This document shows positions 17,778-32,596 of a stretch of 64,000 nt of DNA, one piece after another. Source of the DNA: the human T2T-CHM13v2.0 reference genome, Homo sapiens; the NCBI RefSeq assembly GCF_009914755.1, contig NC_060931.1. One strand, 5' to 3'. Each line of letters opens with the position of its first letter. Position 1 is the first letter of the stretch. A program made the translations under genes and the position numbers. The notes under the pieces are model-generated. The model ran no database searches. It was not told the DNA's origin and saw only the letters and a program-made list of their open reading frames with translations.

Positions 17778-18253
17778 GCAGTGTTCCCAGACCAGCCACA
17801 TCTGCATCACCGGGGGATCTATTAAAAATGCAAATTCTTGGGCTCCACCCCAGACCTTCTGAATCTGGAACTCTAGGGCTAGGGCTCAGCAAGCTGTGTG
17901 TTTTGGTTTTTGGTTTTTTGGGGTTTTTTGAGACAGAGTCTTGCTCTTGGCATGGCTCACTGCAACCTCTGCCTCCTGGTTCAAGCAATTCTCGTGCCTC
18001 AGCCTCCCAAGTAACTGGGACTACGGACACCCACCACCACGCCCGGCTAATTTTTGTGGTTTTTGTAGAGATGGGGTTTCGCCATGTTGGCCAGGCTGGT
18101 CTCGAATTCCTGGCCTCAAGTGATCCGCCCACCTCAGCCTCCCAAAGTGCTGGGATTATGGGTGTGAGCCATAGCACCCGGCCAGCAAGCTGTGAATAGG
18201 CTTCAATTAATAAGTGTGACTCTGATGCATGCTGAAATTTGAGAATTACTGGA
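17778..18253. mobile_element. MER5A-like hAT element interrupted by an antisense Alu (~17902-18183)
   Basis: aaatgcaaattcttgggctccaccccagaccttctgaatc...ctgatgcatgctgaaatttgagaattactg; Alu TSD cagcaagctgtg. Confidence 0.75.
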
Positions 18254-19089
18254 CAATGGAAATACAATAGGATTGCCAGTTAGTGTAGGGCCCACTTGAC
18301 GTTAATATCATAAAGTGAAGTGAGACCAGCCGTGTGGGTTACTTTTTCTACACCCGTAAACGGCTGTGTGGGTCTGACTAGGATGTAGAGTCAGATTTAA
18401 CCAGGGGTGGGGTTTTTTGCCAAGTGACTATAATAAAGGGTGAATTGGTTGCAAGTTCAGAGTGGTTACAAGAGCCTGCCTTTGAATCTAGGCTGTTTAG
18501 AGAGGAAATTAATCCGTGAATGGAGATTTGAGGGCAAGGGAAGCTGGACAGGAGAGGAGACCTGTGGAGTCGAGGTCCTTCAGGGAGTCAGTGTAGCGGT
18601 GGTTAGAGCTAAGATCAGAGGGGCTTAGTTACCGGTAATGCCACTTGGAGGACAGAGCTGAAGGAACTGGTAGCTAAGGTGGAGTTGAGGGACAGCCAGG
18701 ATGGTAGAATGACAGTCAACTGTGTGCTACAGATGTCACCAAAAATTATCACCAGAGTGTGTTGGACTCTCAGGAGCTAAAATCTTGAATTAAGGGGCAG
18801 TGACTGAACCCGGGAGAGGTAATGGATGCGCAAGCCCAGTGCATGAGATTGAAAGCCAGGGATTTTAGCGGGAGGGAAGGGAAGGATGGTCTGGAAGTGG
18901 CAGTAAGGAGCACAGGGGGCCTACCTCCCTTCTGTGCCCGGTGGTTCAAGGGTGCAAAAGAGACCACAGCTACTCACGCAGAGTGCTCTGAGGATCACAG
19001 AGCGCTGCAGGGCATGTGGGAAAATGGACTGCTGAGTGTCGCAGCATAGTCAGGAAAAAATCCCGTCTTAGCTGTGAGACCAGGAGCAC

Positions 19090-19980
19090 AAAAAACAAAA
19101 GGAAAAATGAACTGGACTTAAAAATGTTTATGCTTCAAAAGACACCATCAAGAAACTGAAAATACAACACACTGAAAGAGAAGATACTTGTGGCATATAT
19201 ATGAAGGACTCCATGATAAAAATGGGCGAAGGATCCAATTGGACATCTCTCCAGGGACTGGCAGCAAGCAAATGGGCCATTGGTTCGTGCAAAGATGGCC
19301 AGCATCACTAGTCATCAAGGAAGGGCAAAGCATAGCCACAGGCTGCCGCGCACACCCGCGAGTACGGCGGGAATCAAACCAGGAACCGCAGGGTTGGTGA
19401 GGATGTGGAGGAATCAGTCCTCATGCATTGCCAATGGGAAGATAAAATGGTGCAGCCACTTTGGAAAAGTTTAGCAGTTCCTCAAAAGGTTAATTACCTT
19501 TGGACCCAGCAAACATATTTACCCAAAAACTTGCACACAAATTCTCACAACAGCATTATTCCTAATAGCTAAAAGATGGAAATGACTCAAAGGCCCATCA
19601 GCTGACAAACGGGTAAACAGAATACGGTTCATCCATACAGTGGACTATTACTGGGCCGTAAAAAGGGGTAAAGCACTGACACATGGCACACATGGATGTG
19701 CCTTGAGAATGTTCTGCCCGGTGAGAGCAGATGCAGAGATCACCAAAGACATGGTTCCATTTATATGAAATGTCCAAAACAGGAAAATCTAGAGACAGAA
19801 GGTGGGTGAGTGATCGCCAGGGCTGGGAGGAACCAGGAGTGGCAGCTGAGGGATGTGGAGTTTCTTTTTAGAATAATGAAAATCTTCAGAAATTGATTGT
19901 GGCGATGGTCATACAACTTTACGAATATAATAAAACCTTTGAATGTAAGTTATGTGGGTGATATCCCAGTAAAGCTGTTA
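19090..19980 (+). mobile_element. Old L1 (L1MB-like) 3' fragment
   Basis: aaatggtgcagccactttggaaaa, cagcattattcctaatagctaaaagatggaaa, ttccatttatatgaaatgtcca. Confidence 0.8.
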
Positions 19981-20491
19981 CAAAGGAATCGTGCGGTAGG
20001 TAACGTGGTGACTGAGAGAGCCAGTGTCACAGAAGTTAGAGAAAGCAGCAGTCAGTATCAATCGGAGTTCATGGATGCTTTCGTTCTAAAGCTGGAAGGA
20101 GTATAGTGATTAGAGCATGAGCTGTTGTTAGGGAAACATAGTACCTGATGGTAACGAAATCTGTTATCATCGAAGGCATCATTGTCCTCAAATTTCTCAA
20201 GAGGTGGCTCGACAGATTTCTAGTCTGATATTTTATTCTCCTATATGGCAAAAGTAGAATTTTGAAACTTGAAAGATGTTTTCTTCTAATTGTTGAAAAT
20301 AGTTCTTGGTTATGTGGGGTACCTTGAGACTGAGCCTGAGTTGTTGTTTTTTTTTTTTTTTTTTTTTTTAAATTCCTACTGTCTTTCAGAAGCAGGAGTG
20401 TAAAACTGTCCTCAGATGCTCAGATGTTTGCTTCTTGTCAGTGGAAGTGGGAATATGGGTTTGCTACTTTAGCGAACTTCCTTGTTCATGA

Positions 20492-20896
<405 letters not shown>

Positions 20897-21782
20897 GGAA
20901 GCGTCAACTCCAAGCTGCTCAAAATGTATCATATTGTGGCTCGATCGCTGGAAGCCACTATGAGGAAAATAGGACAGGAGATGTGCACGTGTCCTCCACG
21001 GTCCCCATCCCCCATCCTCTGTGCCCTGCAGGGCTTCCGAAGTGAAAGCCGAGTTGGAGATGAGAAGGGCAATCTGTGCAGGCTTTCCTTGTCTTTATGG
21101 AGTGCCAGGGTCTCAAGGAAGAAAAGGTACGAGCACTGTGAGGCCTCGGCAGCTCTGCATGCTGGGGATTTGGGCAGCCTCTGTAGAGAAGTAAGAGTGC
21201 AGCACCCGTGTCCTGGTGTGGTGGTTCAGGATTTGCAAGGCAGAGTTGCTCTTTTTCTCTGAGTAACAGCTAGTGGGCTCTGCTCAGTTATCCGTGGTAG
21301 ACATCTGCTGAATGAGGAGTGAGTTCACCTCAGCTCATGTTTAGAGATTGGCTTTAGGGCACCTGCCAGTGGAGTATTAGAGTGAGGCCCACGGCCTGGC
21401 CCCTCCCAGGGAGCTTGGTGTCCTCCTGCTGCTGTTCCTGCATGTGAGGCGCAGGGGACACTGGGACAACACGGATTTTTTAGTGCCAGGGTAGCTGTGT
21501 AGACCAAGTGTTGCGGGAGTTGATGGTGTAGAAAGCTCTCTGGAATAGGATTGTGAAGATCTAGGACTTGAAATGGGTGTTGACGTATACATAACCTGAA
21601 ACCCACAATCCGAAAACTCTTAACACAAGAATGAAAGGGTTTTTTTGCAAACAGATTCATGAATGCAGAATTCCAGTATGTAATGTGGTCCCTGACATAT
21701 AGTTGGCACTTAATAAATGTTTGTTACATGAATGGGCACCATATGTTGTATTTGGACTCTTGCATTAAAGATGAGGTATGTT

Positions 21783-22082
21783 GCCAGGCGCGGTGGCTCA
21801 CACCTGTAATCCCAGCACTTTGGGAGGCCGAGGCGGGTGATCACCTGAGGTCAGGAGTTCAAGACAATCCTGGCCAACGTGGGGAAACCCTGTCTCTACT
21901 AAAAATACAAAAATTTGCTGGGCATGGTATGCGCACTTGTAATCCCAGCTGCTCGCGAGGCTGAGGCAGGAGAATCGCTTGAACCCAGGAGGCGGAGGTT
22001 GCAGTGAGCTGAGATCGTGCCATTCATTGCGCTCCAGCCTGGGCGATAGAGTGAAACTCCGTCTCGAAAAAAAAGAAAGAAA
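21783..22082 (+). mobile_element. Alu with TSD AAAGATGAGGTAT
   Basis: Full dimer; TSD on both flanks. Confidence 0.92.
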
Positions 22083-23609
22083 GATGAGGTATATCTCCTG
22101 CCCCCTAGGAGTTTAGAGTTAGTTACACAAGCCCCTAGTGGTCCCAGTGACTGAAGGGACTTTGTTTTTCAATTCCAACTTACTAATTCTGAAGCACAAT
22201 TATTAAATAGCGTGTTGCTATTAGTATACATTCTTATTTTATGTTTCTTTTTTGTTTTTTAAATTATATGGTTAATATGATATGAAATAATTAAAATTAT
22301 CTGCTTGCTCAGTTAGGATGGCTTTAAAGCAAGACATCATCTCTTATATAGTTTTTAGATTAAGTTATAAATGTTCACTTTAGAGCTGCCTGAAGATTGA
22401 TAGAGATGCATTTGAAAAGCATTATTTTTTTATTGATTCTTAATGTAGTAAATTACTGAAGTTATTTGGCGGCAAACAGAAATGGTCTGTGATGTGGTTC
22501 ACATTTATTCTGATAGAGCCACAATTTGCATTAATTGCGTCGCGACTGCACTCACTTATATTAAAAGGCTTCTACTATAATTAATCCTTTTTATTTCAAA
22601 TCATTTTGGCACAATTTCTAGCTATAAACATTCATAAAAGACAGACAGTTGAAAAATTCGTTACAGGTCTTTTCCATATACCTATTGCTATTTTTTTCAT
22701 GACAAGTAGTTATTGATATGCTTCTAGGAACAAGCGTGGTACAGCTGGCTGAGAAGGCCAGTGTGAAAAATGCTAAGTGGATTATTTTGCATAAAAAATA
22801 GGCAGTTTTTGAAGTTGTATAATTAACCTGTGTTTAGAAAATACCTTGATTTATGCTTACATTTGTATCTCAGTTGCATACATTATGGAAATTTAATTTA
22901 TAATCCATTTAGCTGATGCAATCATAGTTTTTAGTGCCATCATTTATTAGTGCTTGTATATTAAATGCTCTGAAGGTTTAAACCTGCCTCATGTAAAAAA
23001 TGGTACCTATGCATTTACATTTTATGAGTCACAGTGGGATTTCTGTTTAAAATTCAGGTAGTTCTGATATATTTAACTAGTTTCACTGGTTTATTGTTAC
23101 TAATGCAGAAATGGCAAACAGTGACCTTATATATTGAACATCAAATGATTTACACTTCCAGTTTACTTTTAAAGTCCACTGTACAAATGAGGGCTTTTCT
23201 TCAGCACCTGGAATCAATCATGTAGTTGTATGCAGAATGTTCCCCTTGGCTTTGAACTCGTCATTCATTTCGAAGTGATGCCGTTTATCAGTGCTCCAGG
23301 TTAATAGTATTAACCATCCTTAACTTTAAACAAACTGTGACTTTTCAACACAACTTTCTTTACATTATCAGGAGATGATGACTATGTGCCTGTTGCCATT
23401 TTATTCATTCTCTCATTAAGAAACCCTTTTTTGCTATCTTTTCAAAATTAATTGGGTAATCATTAGTCCTCAAATCAGAAATAAAAGCACAAGGACATAA
23501 TACTTCGGTTTACCTGGCAGAGGCCAGCCGCAGTCTTCCTGGAGGGGATGTTATGCCGGCTCTAGTTATCAGACATGTGCCTGAGCTACTTAAAAAACAG
23601 CATTCTTCA

Positions 23610-23848
23610 GTCAGGAGTTCGAGACCAGCCTGGCCAATATGGTGAAACTCCATCTCTACTAAAAATACAAAAATTAGCTGGGCCTGGTGGTGCACACCTG
23701 TAGTCCCAGCTACTCAGGAAACTGAGACAGGAGAATCGCTTGAACTCGGGAGGCGGAGGCTGCAGTGAGCCGAGATCGTGCCACTGCACACTCCAGCCCG
23801 GGCAACAGAGGGAGACTCCGTCTCAAAAAAAAAAAAAAAAAAAAAAAA
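23610..23848 (+). mobile_element. 5'-truncated Alu with 18-bp TSD
   Basis: Starts at GTCAGGAGTTCGAGACC; TSD AAAAAACAG[CA/TG]TTCTTCA. Confidence 0.9.
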
Positions 23849-24716
23849 CAGTGTTCTTCACAATGTCTGTCATTTTCTGAAACAAAAAGCCAGTGGTACT
23901 CTAGATGTTTGCTTTTGGGAAAACCTCAACAGCTATTTTCTCGTTTTCTCCAGTCGTATCAGTGGACGAGTCCTTAAAATGTGAATCTCAAGGGGTGTCT
24001 GAGCATGCCCTGTTGGAGTGTATAAGTTCTGGAATACTTATTTAAGGATGCGCATTTTATAGACTACACATACGAAGTAGATTATTACTAAATACGGTAA
24101 CTGGTTGGAAGCTGTGACTAAGCAAAGGACTCACTCCCCACAGGAGCAGTGGCTCACAGTTGAAACGTTTCTCCTTTGCTGGAAGCTTGCAGAAGCACAG
24201 TCCCGGCTCTCTGGAAGCTACTTACTCCCATGTTATTAATTCACACAGATCGCTCTAATATTTACAGTGCATGATATGGTTGGGTGATGGCCTCTAGGTT
24301 GGAAGGGTGACTTCTGAGTTGACTGTCTCATGGATGAATGACTACCCCATAAAGTTTTGTTTTGATTTTGGTATTCCCTGGGTAGCACCATAGCACTTGA
24401 ATCTTAAAACAGTAGGATAAAGAGGGTCTGGGTCTATCACAGCATCTCCTGCAGCACAGCTCATAGTAGTCATTTGCAAGGTATGGTTAGTCCAGCCTTC
24501 ACCTTCCCTCTCTCTGTCCTTCCTGCCGTCCCTCATTCTCGGGCAAAAATTCCAGTGCTGCACCTCCAGACAGTAGGAAGGCCCGTGACTGCCTCTGTTG
24601 AGAGGGTTTCTTTCTCTAAAATTGTTCTCCACCTGTTCTCCACACCCCCGGGGGTAATTAGACTACCTCTGTTTGACCTGGGAAAATAGGATCACTGTAA
24701 ATACACATCTCTCTGA

Positions 24717-25019
<303 letters not shown>

Positions 25020-25233
25020 TGACTAGATATATTCTAACACGAATGGCTTTTGTAGAGGAAATTGAGATTTCTTGTTTACTTCCATTCCTTTACCTTAAGT
25101 TAAAAAATTGTCCAGATGGACCACATGGAAACAAGATAATTAATGTCTAACTGCATGTCTAGCACAGTGCCTGGCACCTAGTACCTAGTAAGTGCTCAAG
25201 GAATGGTAACTGTTGTCTCTATTGTCTTTATTA

Positions 25234-25603
<370 letters not shown>

Positions 25604-25723
25604 TCACTCATTGACACATTGTCCATGGCTGCTTTTGTGCTGCAGGGCAGAGTGGCATATGCGGTTATGAACTGGGACCCCCCAAAACTGTGCTCAAATC
25701 CTAATACCCCATCCTGTGGGCAT

Positions 25724-25794
25724 GGCCTTGTTTGGAAATAGGGTCCAATAGCTGCGAGGCCTTGTTTGGAAATAGGGTCCAGTAGCTGCGAGGC
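25724..25794. repeat. 34-bp tandem duplication at the end of an MLT1-like LTR fragment
   Basis: GGCCTTGTTTGGAAATAGGGTCCARTAGCTGCGA x2 (25724, 25758), one mismatch. Confidence 0.9.
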
Positions 25795-26201
25795 GTGAGT
25801 TCATGTGGTTTTCAGTCTCGCAGTGTGTGATCATTTGCCGTAGCCACCTTGGGAGACTAACAAACCTGCAGTTCCTGAAGGATTCACCATCCTTCTGTTG
25901 AGGAGGAGCATTTGTTGGCTTCTGTCTCACAAGAAGGATCTGTCTCTTCATAATTCCACGATTTCGCTCCTAGGTGGTCTGTTCCAGAGTTCTCTGCATG
26001 CTTAGTGCGTGCATTGAATGCCTGCACGGGATCCTGGAGCACAGTACCTGCCCACTGAATATCAGCTTCCATCTTCGGTACTATGAGGAGAAAATACCTG
26101 CTCTCTTAGGATTGGGTTTAATATCAAGTTGAGCATATGGCTCTTTGTTTGTAGAAGGCTTGTATATTCGATGCTAACGTTGTCACTGTTCTCTTTTGAA
26201 G

Positions 26202-26414
26202 GCTCTCTATGAGAACATGCTGGTGGAGCTGCCCTTTGCAGGCTTCTTTCTTTCCAAGTTGCTTGGAACCAGTGCCGACGTGGACATTCACCACCTCGCC
26301 TCCCTAGACCCTGAGGTGTATAAGAATTTGCTCTTTCTGAAGAGCTACGAAGACGATGTGGAGGAGCTTGGGCTGAACTTCACTGTGGTGAACAATGACC
26401 TGGGAGAGGCGCAG
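26202..26414 (+). CDS. UBE3C: UBE3C coding exon, 213 bp: ALYENMLVELPFAGFFLSKLL...DPEVYKNL...NNDLGEAQ
   Basis: ctcttttgaag|GCT acceptor, CAG|gtgagg donor. Symmetric phase 0-0. HECT domain sequence. Confidence 0.96.
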
Positions 26415-26899
26415 GTGAGGGGTCAGGAGGAGGATTCACATACCTGTATAGCAAGTAGCAGCATCTCCTTGTGTGTGGAAGTCCATTTGTGTTACAGCGT
26501 TTGACTTCCGCACATTTTAGTTAGAATGACTGTGGCTGTGAGTTAGACGTCGAAGCATATAGCTCCAAAGCACCTTAGCCCTGGCGTCTGAGCTGAGTGC
26601 AGTTCCTGCTCCCACGCATGAAGCCTGTTCCTGCCCGGCAGCCCCTCCTGCGGAGCTCCACTCTCGAGGCTGCGGCCCAGGCTTGCTGCTTGTCTGGCTC
26701 TTCCCGGTGCTGGGGGTGGCCGTTCAGCAGCTTCCCGGCAGGACCCCTTGCTTAGTCCTCACTCCTTGCCCGCTCAGAGCCACCTCAGCTGCTCCAGCAC
26801 TGTCTAGGGGGTGTGTTCATTACCCATCTGGTTACTTTTGTTACTTATATCCTTTTTAAAAAAGAAAAAAGAAAGGTCTATATTAGAGATTCAAACTGA

Positions 26900-27635
<736 letters not shown>

Positions 27636-27685
27636 ACTAAAATAATTATTAATGAGTTAGTAACATCTGGGATTTGCTTCAAATA

Positions 27686-27912
27686 CACTCTGAGCATCCA
27701 TAATCTGAAAATCCAAAATGTTCCAAAATCCAAAACTTTCTGAGTGCCAACATGAAGCTCAAAGGAAATGCTGATTGGACCATTTCAGGTTTTTGGATTA
27801 AGGACTCTTACTGATAAGTATAATGCAAATATTCCAAAATTTGGGGGGAAAAAATACAAATCCAAACACTTCTGGCCCAAGTATTTCACTCAGATAAGGG
27901 ATACTGACCCTG
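27686..27912. mobile_element. Tigger4a/MER46-like Tc-mariner MITE
   Basis: tgagcatcc.taatctgaaaatccaaaatg.tccaaaatc...gataagggatact terminal inverted structure. Confidence 0.75.
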
Positions 27913-28044
27913 TGTGGTGAGAACAGGGGCAGGAAGTGGGGCTATCAGTTCCAGAGACTGGCCGGGAGGTGTGATGCCTGATGAACTGGCTGTGTGGGGT
28001 TGGGAGCTCATACACTGTTCTGTCTACTTTAGCATATGGGGCTT

Positions 28045-28455
28045 TGTTGTTGTTGTTGTATTGTTTTGAGACGGGGTCTCACTCTGTCACCCAGGCTGGA
28101 GGAGTCTAGTGATGGCATCTCGGTTCACTGCACCCTCAGCCTCCTGAGTAGCTGGGATTACAGGCGTACACCACCAAACCTGGCTAATTTTTGTGTTTTT
28201 TGTAGAGATAGTGTTGCCCTGTGTTACCCAGGTTGATCTCAAATTCCTGAGCTCAAGCGATCCTCCTGCCTCAACCTCCCAAAGTGCTGGGATTACAGGC
28301 ATGAGCCACCATTCCTGGCTAATTTTTGTGTTTTTTATAGACATGGGTGTCTCCCTATGTTGTCCAGGCTGGTCTCAAAGTCCTGGGCTCAAGTGATCCT
28401 CCTGCCTCAGCCTCCCAAAGTGCTGGGATTACAGATGCAAGCCACCATGCCTGTC
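28045..28455 (-). mobile_element. Alu composite (dimer plus an extra left monomer)
   Basis: The antisense left-arm sequence occurs twice in succession. Confidence 0.8.
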
Positions 28456-29686
28456 CAAGAGCCATATTTATTTGGTTACAACTTATTTAGTTGCTTTTGT
28501 TTCTGCATATTTTTCCATACCATAGAGCTGAATTTTCACCAATGCAAAATTTAGATAATTTGGCGGGGGGGCTGTTACTGTCATTAGGAAGTACTCGACA
28601 TCCAGTGATGTCACTTGCTGCTAGGTCTTGCACCACCTAGTGGCCTGATTTCTAAATGGCATAAAAGCCTTCGGACGGTGAGTGTTGTGGTGACCTGCCT
28701 GAGGCCTTTGCTAATGCGAGTATTTCCCATTTTTCCTTCTGAAATAAATGTTAATAGTGAAACGTCGCATATGCAAGAATTCCATTAAAGCACTGCCGAT
28801 AATACTGGAATCTGTTAAAAGCAAAAGTGTGAAGTTAAGATGTTCCAGTTATTCATAGAGATTCCCACTGAGTTAAAAAATTATAGATAATGTATGAGAA
28901 TAATTATACTAAAGAGCCTAATGAGAAAAATTAAGAAATTCACTAGTGAAGCACCTAATTTAGAGGGAGATCTTAAGGATTTCTGTAGAAATAAATAGGT
29001 AGTCCTCCTTACAAGTTTTTAAGTTTATAAAGTATGATTTAAAGACTTGTAATATGCAAATACTTTATTGTGTCAGCAGGTTATGTTAATTAATCATCCC
29101 TTTTAAAATATGGTGCTGCTCTCAAATTTGTTTTTTTCAGTGTAATCAATTTGGCTGTTAATCTGTTTAATAGTGACCATGAAATTTTAGACGACTAATT
29201 TACATAGAACTCTTTCTAGCAGAAAATGCTAAGGGTTTAAGAAGGACCCACAAATAATCATCTGTTAGGTAGAAAAGATTGGACTTGAGTCACGACACCT
29301 TGGTTCAGGTCCTGGTTTGGCCGCTTTTCTGTGAGGCTTAAGGAAGTCACAAGACCCCTTCCTCATCTCAGACGGGTGTGAGTGCCGGAGGATGAAATGA
29401 GCTAATGGAAGTAGGTCATGTATGGTGGTGTCTTGTGGGGCTTTATGGATTCCAAGTGAAAATAGACTTTCTGGAGGAGCAGAAAGGACAGCTCTTGGTA
29501 TCTTGCTGTCCTGAGAACTGCTCCAGTTAAATATATTTGTATTTAGAGGAAATTTTAAATATGTCCCTCAGATCTGAAATTTAGCACTTATGTGACATGA
29601 TTTTTAAGTACACATAGTTGTTTAGGCTTAGCCTGAGAGAGAATTTTAAATTAAAAGTAGTGTAACCGTTTAAAAGTTATTAGAGG

Positions 29687-29982
29687 GGCTGGGCGCAGTG
29701 GCTCACGGCTGTAATCCCAGCACTTTGGGAGGCCAAGGCAGGCAGATCATTTGAGGTCAGGAGTTCAGACCAGCCTGGCCAACATGGTGAAACCCTGTCT
29801 CTACTAAAAATACAAAAAACTGAGCCGGGCGTGGTGATGTGCACCTGTAATCCCAGCTACTCGGGAGGCTGAAGCACAAGAATCTCTTGAACCCAGATGG
29901 TGGAGGTTGCACTGAGCCAAGATTGCTCCACTGCACTCCAGTGTGGGTGACAGAGTGAGACCTTGTCTCAAAAAAAAAAAAA
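29687..29982 (+). mobile_element. Alu
   Basis: Full dimer; TSD-like AAAAGTTAT(T)AGA flanks. Confidence 0.92.
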
Positions 29983-31787
29983 GTTATAGAAATGTCAGTT
30001 TTCTCTGATCAGGCAAGGTAATTGGGAGCCTTGGAAGTTCCTTTAACTGATAACTTCACTGGTCCTTTGTCTTCCAAATCATACAAGTACATCATCATTT
30101 ATTACCTGCCTCTAATCCATTTAAAGGAAGGGGTGGTATTTTATACATTGAAATATAATAGCTAGCCTCCTGAGGCTTGGTTAACAGATGGACTGTCAGC
30201 TGAGTACAAGCAAAGGAATTAAGATAATGAACACAATCTTTAATCAGAATGAAGACAATGGAATTGAAAGCCCATTCTTAGGCTTGATGGTTCCAAACCT
30301 TAGGAAGTGAATTATTGAGAATAATTGTATCATCCTTTAAAATGTGAAACGTTAAAAGAAGCAGATCTGGTAAGTTGAACGTTCAAGTTCAATTTGAACA
30401 TTCTATATAAAATGAGAACCAGCAAACGAGTCTCCTATAACCATCAGCTGTAGGATGACTTAAGTCAGGCTCTCTAGCACATTTGTGAAACAATCTTTCT
30501 GTAAATGGTAAGAGACTGGGACATCAGTGCCATTGCCCAGAGGCAGCAGTCTTGTCTGTTACTCTGGGAATATTAAAGCTACCAGGAAAACTGAAGGCTG
30601 TGAAAAGAAAAGAATGGAAAGGTAGGGAAGTTGAAATGTCTTTGTTCATTTATTTTGGGCTTATTTTATATTTTCATTGTCCACAGTATAGGTTGCTCTC
30701 ATCTAACCCCAGGAATGCAGTTGGGGTGTTTTTGTTGTTTTTTTGTTTTGTTTTAGAAATACAGGTGGGGGTCTTGCTTTATCTCAAACTCCTGGGCTTA
30801 AGGGATCCTCTTGCCTTGGCCTCCCACAGTGCTGGGATTAGAGGCGTGAGCCACTATACCCGGCCTGTTTTTTTGGTTTTCTTAATAAATACTTTTTAAA
30901 AATTTTTTTATTTAAAATACACTCTTTATAAATTATGATTACATGTTTATATTGTATTTTGCTCGTGTACTGTTTTGTATTTATGAATTCATATAATCAT
31001 GTAATCACAGCAATTCCAAGTCAGACAAACAAATATCACCATTTTATTAATGGCCAAAAGTTTCAAGGTGTAAAGTGACTTGTCTGTCATACAAGTGGGG
31101 GACAGTAAGACCCAGGTCTGTGTTTCCGCTGTGTTGCTTTTCTCATGAGCACTCTTGTGGTGTTTATGGGAGCTCCACGTTATACCTGCAAATTCTGTGA
31201 GTATAGCCACGTACTAATAAAAAGTGTTCTTACTCACTCTGTTTATATACATAAGAAATTGGCTGATCTATTATCACTGATCGTTACCACCACCCTTTGT
31301 ATCGTAATTAAAGTGCTTTATAGTAATGGCATTGTGGAAGCACACAGGTAAGTGTGTGCTGCTTATATGGATGAAAATGAGAAATCACTTTACTACAGCC
31401 TTTGCGTTTCCTCCAGAATGAGTCGCTTTTTCTCTTCTGACTTAACGGTGATTGTTTGCTTCATGTCTTTGCCCTCTGTGATTTCTCATTTTTGTTTAAG
31501 TAAAATTGCCATGGTGACATTGCTGCACAATTCCCTAGTGCTTCGGAGGAAACATGGATGGTTAGTGATCTTAAAGACAGAGTAAGGTGCTGGGCTTCGG
31601 AGACTCTTCCTGGAGGTGCATCTTGGCATCTGCACAATGCTGTGCATACTCGGGTACTATTTCGTATTTAGATTCTTGTTCACAAAGCATCAAGTCCTAT
31701 TTCCTTAAAACATTTGTTTCTTGCTTTTTTTTTTAACCTATTATCATACTTTGAGGATTTTGAGATCCTTACGTTTTGTATTCCCAG

Positions 31788-31976
31788 GTAGTTGAACTAA
31801 AATTCGGTGGGAAAGACATCCCTGTCACCAGCGCCAACCGGATTGCGTACATCCACTTGGTGGCAGACTACAGGCTGAACAGGCAGATCCGCCAGCACTG
31901 CCTGGCTTTCCGCCAGGGCCTTGCCAATGTCGTCAGCCTCGAGTGGCTCCGAATGTTTGATCAGCAAGAAATTCAG
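31788..31976 (+). CDS. UBE3C: UBE3C coding exon, 189 bp: VVELKFGGKDIPVTSANRIAYI...WLRMFDQQEIQ
   Basis: ttcccag|GTA acceptor, CAG|gtaccc donor. Phase 0-0. HECT 'EL..GG.DI.VT..N...Y' motif. Confidence 0.96.
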
Positions 31977-32077
31977 GTACCCTACCTGCTGACTTTCTGG
32001 GACACGCTTGTCACAGGAAATGAACAGGCTTTCTTAAAATTTACCTCAAATGTTATTATTTGAACTTTTTTCCTTAG

Positions 32078-32144
32078 GTATTAATTTCTGGTGCACAAGT
32101 TCCCATAAGCCTAGAGGACCTAAAATCCTTTACAAACTATTCAG
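32078..32144 (+). CDS. UBE3C: UBE3C coding exon, 67 bp, not in the ORF track: VLISGAQVPISLEDLKSFTNYS(G)
   Basis: tttttccttag|GTA acceptor, TCAG|gtatgt donor. Phase 0 to 1, which is required to join the flanking exons. Encodes the HECT lobe hinge region (LISG). Confidence 0.94.
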
Positions 32145-32175
32145 GTATGTTATCACTGCTAGTTATTGTTTCTGA

Positions 32176-32536
<361 letters not shown>

Positions 32537-32596
32537 TCAAAGTAATTTTTATTGTACTCTTTTGTAGGGGTAATGTACATGGTTCAAAAACCAGAT

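Noticed and set aside
23499-23523. U1 snRNA-like start (ATACTT...TACCTGGCAG)
   Set aside because: Similarity is limited to ~11 contiguous bases with an insertion; downstream sequence does not follow U1 and there is no Sm site.
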